Both the position numbers and the translations under genes were made by a program. This document shows, piece by piece, positions 9,601-18,499 of a stretch of 64,000 nucleotides of DNA (the first letter of the stretch is position 1; every line of letters starts with the position of its first letter). This stretch comes from Candidatus Multivoradales bacterium (GTDB lineage: Bacteria; Acidobacteriota; Thermoanaerobaculia; Multivoradales; JAHEKO01). The notes beneath the pieces were generated by a model. That model did not search any database, had not been told where the DNA came from, and worked only from the letters and a program-made list of their open reading frames with translations. The stretch spans positions 800,001 to 864,000 of the forward strand of contig CBDCVR010000013.1 of the NCBI GenBank assembly GCA_965223155.1, given 5' to 3'.

Positions 9601-12600
9601 AGGTCAGGGCGTACGGGTTGGTCTGATTGTTGTCGTCCTGGCCGGGGTTCGGACCCAGAACGGTAGCGGTCAGGCCAGCAGTCACGCCGTATTCATCGGT
9701 GAGCCGCGCGATGTAGTCGCCGGAGGGAATGCCCTCGCAGTAGTACTCGCCGGCCTCATCCGTCGTCTCGGTCCGGATCAGGTTGTCGGTACCGTCGATA
9801 TCCAGGATGCCGTTGCCGTTGACATCGTGCCAGCATTCCAGTGTCACGCCCGAGATCGGCGGCTCGCCAACCTGATAGACGCCGTCCAGATTGGTATCGA
9901 ACCACACCAGATTGCCAATCGAGCCCAGCCCGGCCTCGGGGCCGTAGCCAAAGTCGGCGGTTGCCGTAGAGCCCCCAGCGACCGAGACCGAGGTTTCCTC
10001 GTCGCAAGTCGAGCAGGTCCCGGACTCGTCGGGATCGCCCGTCTGCTGCAAGCCCACCAGAACGCTGTCGACGTCGGTGACCTCTACGGTGTAGGTGCCG
10101 TCGGGCACGCCGGTGAACTCGTAGTCGCCGTTTGCATCGGTGGTCGTCGTGGCGATGATGTTGCCCGAGCCATCGACCAGGTTGACGGTCACGCCGACGA
10201 TGCCGCCCTCGCTTCCACCTTCGACGCCGTCGTTGTCGCCATCGTTCCAGATCGTGCCCTCGATCGTATTGACGACGCCCCCGTCGTAGCCGAAGTCCAG
10301 CGTCGGCACCACGTCGCCATCGGCCAGGGTCAGTAGGTAGGTATCGTCACCGCCGTTGTTGGTCGGCGTGGTCGTGTAGCCGAGCGCGGCAATGCCGGCC
10401 GAGTCCACGGTCACGATGTAGTCGCCGGGCAGGAGGCCCGTGGCCAGCCAGGTCCCATCCGGGTTGGTGGTCACCGTGCAACCGGTCGGACACGACGGAC
10501 CCTGGATCAAGATGTCGATGCCGCCGATACCGACCTCGCCTTCGTCCTGGATGCCATCGCCGTCGGCGTCGTACCAGACGGTGTCGCCGATGGTGGCCGT
10601 GCCCGCCGTCGGCACGTAGCCGAAGTCGGCGTCGTTGTAGTCCTCGCCGTCCGAAAGCGCAATCGCTGTCGTCGTGTCGCCGCCGGTCGAGGAGGTCAGG
10701 CCGGTGGGCGCGGTCGGAACGTCCACGTAGTAGATGCCCGAGTCCAGCCCGCCAAAATCGTACTGACCGTTGGCGTTGGTGGTCGTCGAGCCCACGAAGA
10801 CGTCATCGGCGGTGCCGACGATGCCGTCCGGACCGGCGTCATAAAGATCCACCTGCACCCCGGAGATACCGCTCTCGTCGGGGCCCTGGACGCCGTCGCC
10901 ATTGGTGTCCAGAAAGACCGTGTCGCCGATCGAGGCCGTGCCGGTGTCCTGGACATAGCCGAAGTCCACGTCGTCAATGTCGGAGCCGGCCAGGGTCACG
11001 TCCAGCGCGTCGAGTCCGCTGGTCAAGGTGTAGCCGTCGAGCACGTTGTCGGTATCGGTCACCACCACCGTGTAGTCACCGTCGGGAAGATCCGGAAAGC
11101 TGTAGTCCCCGTTCGAATCGGTGACAGTGGTCGCGATGACCGCGCCGGTGTCGTCCAGGAGCTCGAGGGTGACGCCGCCGATTCCGGCTTCGGTGCCGTC
11201 CTGGATCCCGTCGGTGTCGGTATCGTTGAACACGGTTCCGAAAACGTCGGCAAGAGACGTGTCCTGGTAGCCGTACTCGATTCCGGTCACGCTCTCGCCC
11301 GCGTTCAGGGTGACCGCAGTCGTGGTCGTACCGTCGCAGACCGTGCAGGTTCCAGACTCGTCGGGGTCGCCGGTCTGGGAGCCGCTGGGCGCCGCGCCCA
11401 CCGTCACCACGTAGTTGTCGGGAGCCAGGTCACCGAAGGAGTAGCTGCCATCAGCCGCGGTAGTGGTCTGGGCCACAAAGTTGGGGCTCGACGGATCGCA
11501 GGGACTCGCGGGATCCGTACAGAGATAGATCGGCACGCCCTCGATTCCCGCCTCTTCCGGGTCGTGGACGCCATCGCCGTCGGCGTCGCTCCACACGGTT
11601 CCGGACAGAGTGTCCGGCTCGTTGTAGCCGAAGCTGGGCGTGCCGCCGTCGGACGGAGCGTTGAGGACGTCTCCGCCCGAGACCACGACGTCCTCGACGC
11701 CTCCGGTCGCGGTGGTCTCGGTAAAGCCGTCGAGCTCGCTCGCCGTATCCGTGACCTGAAGCTGGTAGACGCCGTCGGTCACGCCGGTGAACGACACTTC
11801 ACCGTTCTCATCCGTGATCGCGGTCGCGATCGTGGTGTCGTCGGCAGCGTTGGCCCCACCGCAAATGCCGTCGGCGCCGCAGTCGACCAGATCCACGGTG
11901 ACACCCGGGATCATCTCTTCGCCGGGATCCAGCACGCCGTCTCCATCCGCGTCATACCAGACCGCGTCGCTGACCTCGTAGCTCGTTGACGTATCGAAGC
12001 CAAAGTCGACGTCACTGATGATGTCGTTCTCCAGTACCGAGATCGGATCGCTCTGAGTAGGACTGGTCTCGCAGCCGGCTACCGGGTCGGGACTGCAAAA
12101 CGCCACCAGCTCGGGGTCGGTCGTGTCTACGACGACGATGTACTCACCGGGCGGCACGTCGGTCAGAAGATAGGAGCCGTCCGGTCCGGTGACCGCGGTG
12201 ATCGGCTGCCCGCCGGAGTCAAGGACCGGCGTGCCGTCGGGATTCAAGAGCTGCACGGTTACACCGGCGATGCCCACCTCTCCGGGATCCTGAATCCCAT
12301 CCTGATCGGCGTCGCTCCACACGGTCCCTTCGATGACCGCGGTACCTGAATCCGGGACGTACCCGAAGTCTGCCGTTTCCGTTTCTCCGGCCGCCAGCGT
12401 CAGGGTGCCCGAGTTGCCCGCCACGTTGCCCGGCGATTCTTCCAAGCCATCCAGGTCGCCACCGGTCAGTTCGGCCGGTTCGACCTGGGTCTGATAGTCG
12501 CCCGCCGACAGATCCGGGAAGCTGTAGTCGCCGGCGGCGTCGGTCACCGCGGTGGCAATGGCGGTCGAGGCGTCGCAGACGGGCTCGGAAGCCTCACAGA

Positions 12601-14908
12601 GATAGACCGTAACGCCATCGATCCCGGGCTCGCCGATGTCATGGACACCGTCACCGTCGGTATCGAGCCAGACGGTCCCTTCGATCGCCGAACACGTGCT
12701 GCCGCCATTGCCGATCGTGTCCAGATTGTTGCCAGGATTCGGATCGTTGTTGTCGGCCGTGACATACGCCACGTTGTCAAATTCGCAAGCCCGCGCCACC
12801 GGATTGCCGGCGACGTCCCCGTCCGAGTCACTGTTGTTGGACGTATCCTGATCCGCCTCATCGGCGCTCACGGTGACCACATTGTCGAACGGTCCCGAGG
12901 CATCGATCGTCGCAATCACAGTGATCACTTCGCTAGCGCCGGACGCAAGGCTGGGAATCGTACAGGGCAAGGCACCGCAACTCGCGCTCGAGACGCTGGT
13001 GATCGTGAGATTGCTCGCGACGTCGGTGACCAGCACGTTCGTGGCCAGAGAGGGACCGTTGTTGGTCACCACCATCGAGTAGGTCACGGTCTGGCCGGAA
13101 ACGTAGGGGCCGGCGGTGATCAGGGTCTTGGTAACCGCGACGTCGGCCCCGACCGGATTGACGGCGTCGTCCGAGATCGGGTCAATCCCGGTCGCCGAGG
13201 CCTCGGCCGTGTTGGTCAGCTCGGTGATCGCCGGGTCCAGCGGATCGTCTACCAGAACCTGAAACGTCACGGTCAGAGTCTCGCCTGGAGCCAGCGTGAA
13301 ACCGTCTCCCGACTCGACCAGGCTCGGCGGTGTGCCGTCCACCAGGTCCATGTTCGTCCCACCCGGTACGTTGTCTTTGGTCGTCGTGCCCGAAGCACCG
13401 TGGGCTTCGATGACGATGTTGTCGAAGTAGACGTCTTCCGAAGAGCTGGTCGTACCCGACCGCAAGCGGATCACGGTGCTCGCATTCCCGGCCGTGATCG
13501 ACACCGACTCCGTCCCCGACTGGTTGTCGTCCTCCTCTGGACACACCTGGGTCCCGTCACGGCTGAACACCGTCGAGAACGTCCCTCCTCCATTGGTCGA
13601 GACCTGGACGTCCAGAAAATCGCTCGACTCCCAGCCGCTGCTGGTGTCGTTGCACTCCCAGGTGAAAGACAACGTGGCGCTGGTGTAGGCGCTCAGGTCT
13701 GCCGACCTGGAAGCCGTGCCTGACGAGCCACCGTTCATGAACACCGCATTGGACAGACCTCCGGGAGAGGTCGTCTCGATGCTCGAGCTATTGAACGTCC
13801 AGTTGCCCGACCAGCCGGTTCCTCCAGTGCCGTCGCCGCTCGAGAAGTCGTCGCTGATGGTGGCCGAGCTGTCCACCGGACCCGTCGCCGCCGTGCTCTG
13901 CGCCACGTAGGTGACCCCGGTCGGCAGCGTGTCGGTCACCACCACGTCGTTGACGTTACCGGGACCGCTGTTGGTCACCTCGATCGTGTAGGTGATCGTC
14001 TCCCCAGGCTGAACCGAACCACTTGGACTCGCCGTCTTGACGATCGACAGGGCCGGTGGGACGTCCTCGACGCAAAGCGCGAACCCGGACAGACGAACCG
14101 CGTGTCCGTTGCTCTCCCCCGTACCGCTCTCGTTGGTCGCATCGTCCGGACCGTTGTTGTATGTGAAGTTGAGCGTGTCGAACGCCGCACCGCTGGACAC
14201 GGTCAACGTTCCGGCCGCATCCCCTGGAGAGAGGTTCCCATTGACGCCGGGCGCCACAATCGCCGTCGCCGTCTGACCCGAAACGGTCATGTTGCTGCCG
14301 CCGCTCAAGGTCAGGGGAACATTGCTGCCCCCGTCCGAGGCCGAAAAGGTCAGCTGATCCTGAAACGACTCTTCGGGCTCCGGCGCCTGAGCCCCGAACC
14401 CGACGTCATCGATGTCACCAAGCGAGAAGTCGTTCAGGATCACCGACTTCGAGAACGTGAAATCGAACCCGATGGTGTCGCTCACCGAGTTGACGCTGGC
14501 CATCTTCACAGTCAGGAAGCCCGAACCGAACGCCCCGTTGGTCTCGGTCTTCGTCGTCGTCGGATTGTCGCAGCCATTCGATAGCGCCGCCGGACACGAG
14601 AAGTTGTCGTCGTAGTTCATCCCGTCCGGATCCTGCAGCGTCACCGTCACGTCCAGCGTGTTCGGGTTGCCGTAGGCGTCCGTGTAGGCGACGGTGTAGA
14701 TCTCCGACGCCCCAGTCGTGTTGTTAGCGATCGTCCACTCGTTGCCCGTACCCGGAGACGTTGACCAGTCGAAGGTCGCCGCCGCCGTCCCCGACGGGCA
14801 GCTCTGGGCTACCGCTTGGGCCGGAGCCAGCAACCAGCCGAGAGCAAGAGCCGGCGCCAGGCGCAGCGCCAGGCCCGGCCATCGCCTCATCGACCAAAGG
14901 TCCGTCAT
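6644..14908 (-). CDS. Giant secreted protein (2754 aa): DUF11 domains, about 10 SdrD-B-like Ca-binding repeats, Ig-like 'PVTL' domain, C-terminal C25 (gingipain/PorU-like) cysteine peptidase
   Basis: Signal peptide ...AQAVAQ; TYTIEVTNSGP DUF11 motifs; repeats 'IGDTVWxDxDGDG...DFGY'; FKVSEAGIYRVTYEDL; YLLLVGGDTYDY; DGDLIPEVAVGRWPV; His in YFGHSG and Cys in QWGCWN; WTLLGDP terminus. Confidence 0.88.
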   Translation of the reverse strand: MTDLWSMRRWPGLALRLAPALALGWLLAPAQAVAQSCPSGTAAATFDWSTSPGTGNEWTIANNTTGASEIYTVAYTDAYGNPNTLDVTVTLQDPDGMNYDDNFSCPAALSNGCDNPTTTKTETNGAFGSGFLTVKMASVNSVSDTIGFDFTFSKSVILNDFSLGDIDDVGFGAQAPEPEESFQDQLTFSASDGGSNVPLTLSGGSNMTVSGQTATAIVAPGVNGNLSPGDAAGTLTVSSGAAFDTLNFTYNNGPDDATNESGTGESNGHAVRLSGFALCVEDVPPALSIVKTASPSGSVQPGETITYTIEVTNSGPGNVNDVVVTDTLPTGVTYVAQSTAATGPVDSSATISDDFSSGDGTGGTGWSGNWTFNSSSIETTSPGGLSNAVFMNGGSSGTASRSADLSAYTSATLSFTWECNDTSSGWESSDFLDVQVSTNGGGTFSTVFSRDGTQVCPEEDDNQSGTESVSITAGNASTVIRLRSGTTSSSEDVYFDNIVIEAHGASGTTTKDNVPGGTNMDLVDGTPPSLVESGDGFTLAPGETLTVTFQVLVDDPLDPAITELTNTAEASATGIDPISDDAVNPVGADVAVTKTLITAGPYVSGQTVTYSMVVTNNGPSLATNVLVTDVASNLTITSVSSASCGALPCTIPSLASGASEVITVIATIDASGPFDNVVTVSADEADQDTSNNSDSDGDVAGNPVARACEFDNVAYVTADNNDPNPGNNLDTIGNGGSTCSAIEGTVWLDTDGDGVHDIGEPGIDGVTVYLCEASEPVCDASTAIATAVTDAAGDYSFPDLSAGDYQTQVEPAELTGGDLDGLEESPGNVAGNSGTLTLAAGETETADFGYVPDSGTAVIEGTVWSDADQDGIQDPGEVGIAGVTVQLLNPDGTPVLDSGGQPITAVTGPDGSYLLTDVPPGEYIVVVDTTDPELVAFCSPDPVAGCETSPTQSDPISVLENDIISDVDFGFDTSTSYEVSDAVWYDADGDGVLDPGEEMIPGVTVDLVDCGADGICGGANAADDTTIATAITDENGEVSFTGVTDGVYQLQVTDTASELDGFTETTATGGVEDVVVSGGDVLNAPSDGGTPSFGYNEPDTLSGTVWSDADGDGVHDPEEAGIEGVPIYLCTDPASPCDPSSPNFVAQTTTAADGSYSFGDLAPDNYVVTVGAAPSGSQTGDPDESGTCTVCDGTTTTAVTLNAGESVTGIEYGYQDTSLADVFGTVFNDTDTDGIQDGTEAGIGGVTLELLDDTGAVIATTVTDSNGDYSFPDLPDGDYTVVVTDTDNVLDGYTLTSGLDALDVTLAGSDIDDVDFGYVQDTGTASIGDTVFLDTNGDGVQGPDESGISGVQVDLYDAGPDGIVGTADDVFVGSTTTNANGQYDFGGLDSGIYYVDVPTAPTGLTSSTGGDTTTAIALSDGEDYNDADFGYVPTAGTATIGDTVWYDADGDGIQDEGEVGIGGIDILIQGPSCPTGCTVTTNPDGTWLATGLLPGDYIVTVDSAGIAALGYTTTPTNNGGDDTYLLTLADGDVVPTLDFGYDGGVVNTIEGTIWNDGDNDGVEGGSEGGIVGVTVNLVDGSGNIIATTTTDANGDYEFTGVPDGTYTVEVTDVDSVLVGLQQTGDPDESGTCSTCDEETSVSVAGGSTATADFGYGPEAGLGSIGNLVWFDTNLDGVYQVGEPPISGVTLECWHDVNGNGILDIDGTDNLIRTETTDEAGEYYCEGIPSGDYIARLTDEYGVTAGLTATVLGPNPGQDDNNQTNPYALTLNSSNFTADFGFVLPTGALSISGTVFEDGDANGSFAGTGLEPVVPSVTVYLYQDLDGDGVIDPDDPLVATTVTAIDGTYSFDNLPPGDYLVYADSEGTLVDGFVQTTQAGTGGVQPVTLVSSNVTDQDFGFWNGGVTTTPVTLAYFEAHGRGSVDFRWMTSTEVGNLGFNLYALEDDGLRRLNDELIPSHVVDSLEPQVYEFSAAGVAGDTFLLEDVDINGVIRHHGPFYADEAAGSEVVSAQPVAWAKIRDAKARRKAGKAARRNAGVLPEAGSADLGGAIEFGGRALRSNGGSSGSNSGRPGRGDELATFKVSEAGIYRVTYEDLAAAGVRLQGIRGDWLSLASGGEPVPFWVSGEGPFGPGSSLEFVGEPVDDSLYTRTNVYRLSVNRDRALRAEIEPYSGAGAAEPYYLETHKVEVERQYNFASPTGDPWYDRRLLATTKPVETSVTFDLDNWLPGAADVALEVSAYGVTNLPQAPDHHLVVEVNGGLVAEEWFDGLYQPEISAVLSDALLAPAGNTMRLLLPHDTGAQFDLVNYDHLTVRYPRDFVARADALSFASGGRSFLVRGFASTDVVAYGRTAGTLARLEAATVADGLGGYAAAFSGLGAADAEYWTVGAGSIRVPAIEAARAASDLGDAPADVLVIAHADFLDGLGRWESRRRGEGLAVRTVDVDDVYAAYSNGIVDPEAIRSYVRDAYKSLGTRYLLLVGGDTYDYFDHLGVGSMSFVPTPYLQTDAIVRYAPVDPLYGDVDGDLIPEVAVGRWPVRTLDELAAVIDKTLLYDGGELTAVLAADKRDAPTGFSFGQKSDAMGALLGSDWSLERVYLDEMPLTDAREALVREIGQGPAITSYFGHSGLTVWSFSGLFRSSDVDRLENRGKPTVVTQWGCWNTYHVLPTYETLGNRLLLEADTGAAAVLGAATLTEALSEQRLGRRVFDRLASPGARLGGAVVEAKRDLAESDPGRLDVILGWTLLGDPTMTIVP
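13152..13957. repeat. ~800-bp near-identical direct repeat, copy A (copy B at 15164..15969)
   Basis: Constant offset of 2012 nt; long identical stretches, e.g. 13381 'tcgtcgtgcccgaagcaccg' = 15393. Confidence 0.9.
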
Positions 14909-16944
14909 TGGATAGTCGCCGTCACAGTGAGAACGACGGTCGCTCCGGCACTAAGATTCGGGATCACACAAGGAAGGCTGGCGCAGCCTCCGCCCGACAC
15001 CGAGTCGATCGTGAGGTTGGTCGGAGCGTCATAAACGGTCACGTTGGTCGCGTCCGCCGGGCCGGCGTTACTGACAATCAACTCGTAGGTAATCGTCTGG
15101 CTTGAGGAATAGGGCCCGGCCGTAACGAGGTTCTTGACGACGCTGACGTCGGCATCCGTCGCCACCGGATTGACGGCATCGTCGGAGATCGGATCGATCC
15201 CGGTCGCCGAGGCCTCGGCCGTGTTGGTCAGCTCGGTGATCGCCGGGTCCAGCGGATCGTCTACCAGGACCTGAAACGTCACGGTCAGAGTCTCGCCGGG
15301 AGCCAGCGCGAAATCGTCTCCCGACTCGACCAGGCTCGGCGGTGTGCCGTCCACCAGGTCCGCGTTCGTCCCACCCGGTACGTTGTCCTTGGTCGTCGTG
15401 CCCGAAGCACCGTGGGCTTCGATGACGATGTTGTCGAAGTAGACGTCTTCCGAAGAGCTGGTCGTACCCGACCGCAAGCGGATCACGGTGCTCGCATTCC
15501 CGGCCGAGATCGACACCGACTCCGTCCCCGACTGGTTGTCGTCCTCCTCTGGACACACCTGGGTCCCGTCACGGCTGAACACCGTCGAGAACGTCCCTCC
15601 TCCATTGGTCGAGACCTGGACGTCCAGAAAATCGCTCGACTCCCAGCCGCTGCTGGTGTCGTTGCACTCCCAGGTGAAAGACAACGTGGCGCTCGTGTAG
15701 GCGCTCAGGTCTGCCGACCTGGAAGCCGTGCCTGACGAGCCACCGTTCATGAACACCGCATTGGACAGACCTCCGGGAGAGGTCGTCTCGATGCTCGAGC
15801 TATTGAACGTCCAGTTGCCCGACCAGCCGGTTCCTCCAGTGCCGTCGCCGCTCGAGAAGTCGTCGCTGATGGTGGCCGAGCTGTCCACCGGACCCGTCGC
15901 CACCGTGCTCTGCGCCACGTAGGTGACCCCGGTCGGCAGCGTGTCGGTCACCACTACGTCGTTGACGTTGCCGGGGCCGCTGTTGATTACCTCGATCGTG
16001 TACGTGATCGTCTCACCAGGCTGAACCAAACCGCTCGGACCCGCCGTCTTGACGATCGATAGGGCCGGTGGGGTGTCCTGGACGCAAAGCACCTGAAACC
16101 CGGAGATGCGGACCGCGTGCCCGTTACTCTCCCCCGTGCCGCTCGAGTCCGCCGTGTCGTCCGGACCATTCGAATACTCGAAGCTGAACGTGTCGAAAAG
16201 GCCCGTCGATGACGCCGTCAGTGTGCCCGCGGCGTCGTCGGGAGTCAGGTTGCCATTGACCCCCGCCACCACGATCGCCGTCGCCGTCTGTCCCGAGAGC
16301 GATATGTTCGAGCCGCCCGAAAGGGTCAAAGGAACGTTCGCACCACCGGCCGAGGCCGTCAGTGTTACCTGATCCTGAAAGGACTCCTCTGGCTCTGGCG
16401 CCTGCGCGCCGACGCCCACGTCGTCGATGTCTCCGATCGTGAAGTCGCTCATCGACACCAGCTTCGAGAAGGAGAAGTCGAAACCTACCGTGTCCGTCAC
16501 CGAGTTCACACTCGCCATGCCCACGGTCAAAAAGCCCGAACCGTACGACCCGTTTGTCTGGGTGTCAAAGCCTGGGTCGCAGCCGTTCGACAAGGCCGCC
16601 GGACACGCGAAGTTGGTGTCGAAATTCATCGCATCCGGATCCTGGAGCGCCACCGTGACGTCCAGCGTGTTCGGATTGCCGTAGGCGTCGGTGTAGCCGA
16701 TCGAATAGACCTGCGAGTTGCCGTCCGTATCGTTACTCGACAGCCACTCGTTGCCCGTACCAGGGGTACTCGACCAGTCGAACGTCGCCGCCGCCGTGCC
16801 CGACGGGCAGCCTTGGGCTACGACATCTGAGCCCGGGACCAGTCCTAGTACGGCCCCAAGCAGGAGGCTCGAGACCACACGCCGCCGCCGGCCCGAGGAG
16901 CCGGGCGGATTCTTGGGAGGTACACCGGGGGAAAGTTCGTTCAT
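14905..16944 (-). CDS. Secreted DUF11-domain protein, paralog of the N-terminal ~700 aa of the giant protein
   Basis: Signal peptide then QGCPSGTAAATFDWSS..., colinear with the giant protein; its stop overlaps the giant's ATG (ATGA); ATG 16944 preferred. Confidence 0.82.
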   Translation of the reverse strand: MNELSPGVPPKNPPGSSGRRRRVVSSLLLGAVLGLVPGSDVVAQGCPSGTAAATFDWSSTPGTGNEWLSSNDTDGNSQVYSIGYTDAYGNPNTLDVTVALQDPDAMNFDTNFACPAALSNGCDPGFDTQTNGSYGSGFLTVGMASVNSVTDTVGFDFSFSKLVSMSDFTIGDIDDVGVGAQAPEPEESFQDQVTLTASAGGANVPLTLSGGSNISLSGQTATAIVVAGVNGNLTPDDAAGTLTASSTGLFDTFSFEYSNGPDDTADSSGTGESNGHAVRISGFQVLCVQDTPPALSIVKTAGPSGLVQPGETITYTIEVINSGPGNVNDVVVTDTLPTGVTYVAQSTVATGPVDSSATISDDFSSGDGTGGTGWSGNWTFNSSSIETTSPGGLSNAVFMNGGSSGTASRSADLSAYTSATLSFTWECNDTSSGWESSDFLDVQVSTNGGGTFSTVFSRDGTQVCPEEDDNQSGTESVSISAGNASTVIRLRSGTTSSSEDVYFDNIVIEAHGASGTTTKDNVPGGTNADLVDGTPPSLVESGDDFALAPGETLTVTFQVLVDDPLDPAITELTNTAEASATGIDPISDDAVNPVATDADVSVVKNLVTAGPYSSSQTITYELIVSNAGPADATNVTVYDAPTNLTIDSVSGGGCASLPCVIPNLSAGATVVLTVTATIQ
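15164..15969. repeat. ~800-bp near-identical direct repeat, copy B
   Basis: Matches 13152..13957; both encode the SATISDDFSSG...ISDDAVNPV segment. Confidence 0.9.
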
Positions 16945-17280
16945 CGGAGATCGCCTGGGTCGGCTTATGGTCGGGCCGACCGAACTATACCTGTAATCAT
17001 GCACCTCAAGTGCCACTCGGGCCCGCAACGTCAAGCTCTTCTATTGCAAGAGTTGCTGCGCAACCCGGGTCGGCCCCGCTACGCCGGCCGGCACTCAGCG
17101 CCCGTCACCTGCCAAAATTCGTCACCTACCGGCGGCCGCCCGGGCTCGCCGCACCGGACATGCTTCCCGATCCGCTCGTCTCCGGACCCGGGTAACTTTC
17201 CCTACGGAAGCCGACCCGAGCGCCTGGGATGCTACCGGCCTCTGGCGCCGGTCCGCGGCTCGTGGGCGGCTAGTGGGCTG

Positions 17281-18477
17281 CTAGAGGCCTTCTTCGTAGA
17301 AGATGCGCCAGCGTCCGCCTTCCTGGCGCCAGTACTGGTGCTTGCGGCGCTGGGCGCGAAAATTGTCGGACTCGTAGCGCTGGACGAAGTCCACCAGGAC
17401 CAAATCGCTTTCGCCGGGATACCGATACATGCCGACCTCGGCCAGCTCGACTCGGATGTAGCGCTTGGAGCTGTTGACGCGGCGCTTGTGGTTGGCGAAA
17501 GCGGTTCGGCTCATGCCGGGCGTGCGGAACTCGCGAGAGTAGTGACTGAGATAGCGGTCCGGATCGCGACTCTCCCAATCCCGCCGCCACGTTTCGAGCG
17601 CCTGCTCGAGGTTCCGGCGAGCGACGCCGTGCTCATCCTGCCGGACCCAATCGATGGTCCGCGCCACGATCACCGGGGTTCGATCCACTCGAACGTGCCT
17701 CTCAAGCAGTTCGAAGTCTCGATTGCTCAGAGTCACACAGCCCCGGCTCGAAAGCGGCGGCCGGCTATAGCTCGTGAACTCGGTGCCGTGAATCCAGATG
17801 CCGCTGCCGGTGCGACCCTGGAGCCGGTCCCACGCATTGGGATAGTTGATCGGGAACGCACCGACTCCGTAGAGGTCGGGCAACTCCTTCTCGGGCAGGT
17901 AGTCGTTGACGAGATAGACCCCGACCGGCGTTTTCTCGTCTCCTTCGCGCCGCTTGTCGCTGCCGCCTTTGCCGATCGAAACGTAGAAGTCCCGGGTGCG
18001 CACGAAGCGGTGGTCGCGCTGCTCGAAGAGGAACAGCCGATAGCCTTCCAGGTCGATGACGATGGCCGCGGGGGTGCCCGCCGGCAAACGTAGTAGCTCT
18101 GCCGGCACCGCGTCGGGCGGAGGGGACTCCAGATAGCGCTGCAGTCGAGCGCGCGCTTCGTCGAGGTGCTCGGTAACCCGGCCGCCCGCCTTACCGTTGC
18201 CGGGTCCGGACAGGATCTGCGCGTGCGCGCTCAGGAGATCCGCGTAAAGCAACTGCGCCAATCGGAAGTCAGGCTGCTCGCGAACCAGAAACGACACGTT
18301 GCGCAGCGCCTCCTGGATGCGTCCCTGCCGCAAATCGAAGAGGCTCTGCATCAGCCGGCGCTCTTCGAGCGTCGTCGGGCTGCGGTCGGCCGCCGGGGCG
18401 AATCCGGCCCCCCAGGCGGCGGACGCAATCGTCCCGGCTACCCCGAGAGTAGCGACCCATGAAGCTCGCTTGCACAT
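17281..18477 (-). CDS. L,D-transpeptidase (YkuD family) with C-terminal NTF2-like domain
   Basis: KRREGDEKTPVGVY...GIWIHG...SSRGCVTL catalytic His/Cys; signal peptide; WRRDWES...YLSHYS NTF2-like tail. Confidence 0.85.
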   Translation of the reverse strand: MCKRASWVATLGVAGTIASAAWGAGFAPAADRSPTTLEERRLMQSLFDLRQGRIQEALRNVSFLVREQPDFRLAQLLYADLLSAHAQILSGPGNGKAGGRVTEHLDEARARLQRYLESPPPDAVPAELLRLPAGTPAAIVIDLEGYRLFLFEQRDHRFVRTRDFYVSIGKGGSDKRREGDEKTPVGVYLVNDYLPEKELPDLYGVGAFPINYPNAWDRLQGRTGSGIWIHGTEFTSYSRPPLSSRGCVTLSNRDFELLERHVRVDRTPVIVARTIDWVRQDEHGVARRNLEQALETWRRDWESRDPDRYLSHYSREFRTPGMSRTAFANHKRRVNSSKRYIRVELAEVGMYRYPGESDLVLVDFVQRYESDNFRAQRRKHQYWRQEGGRWRIFYEEGL

Positions 18478-18499
18478 CAGCTCTCTGAGATCGGGCCGC

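Noticed and set aside
8093-10336. Long antisense or alternate-frame ORFs (also 31923..34859, 55130..57292, 21773..23755)
   Set aside because: Typical high-GC shadow ORFs overlapping well-supported genes, with no recognisable motifs
9200-12700. Periodic DNA repeats as a CRISPR-like array
   Set aside because: They are degenerate in-frame SdrD-B protein repeats with no identical repeat/spacer structure and no cas genes
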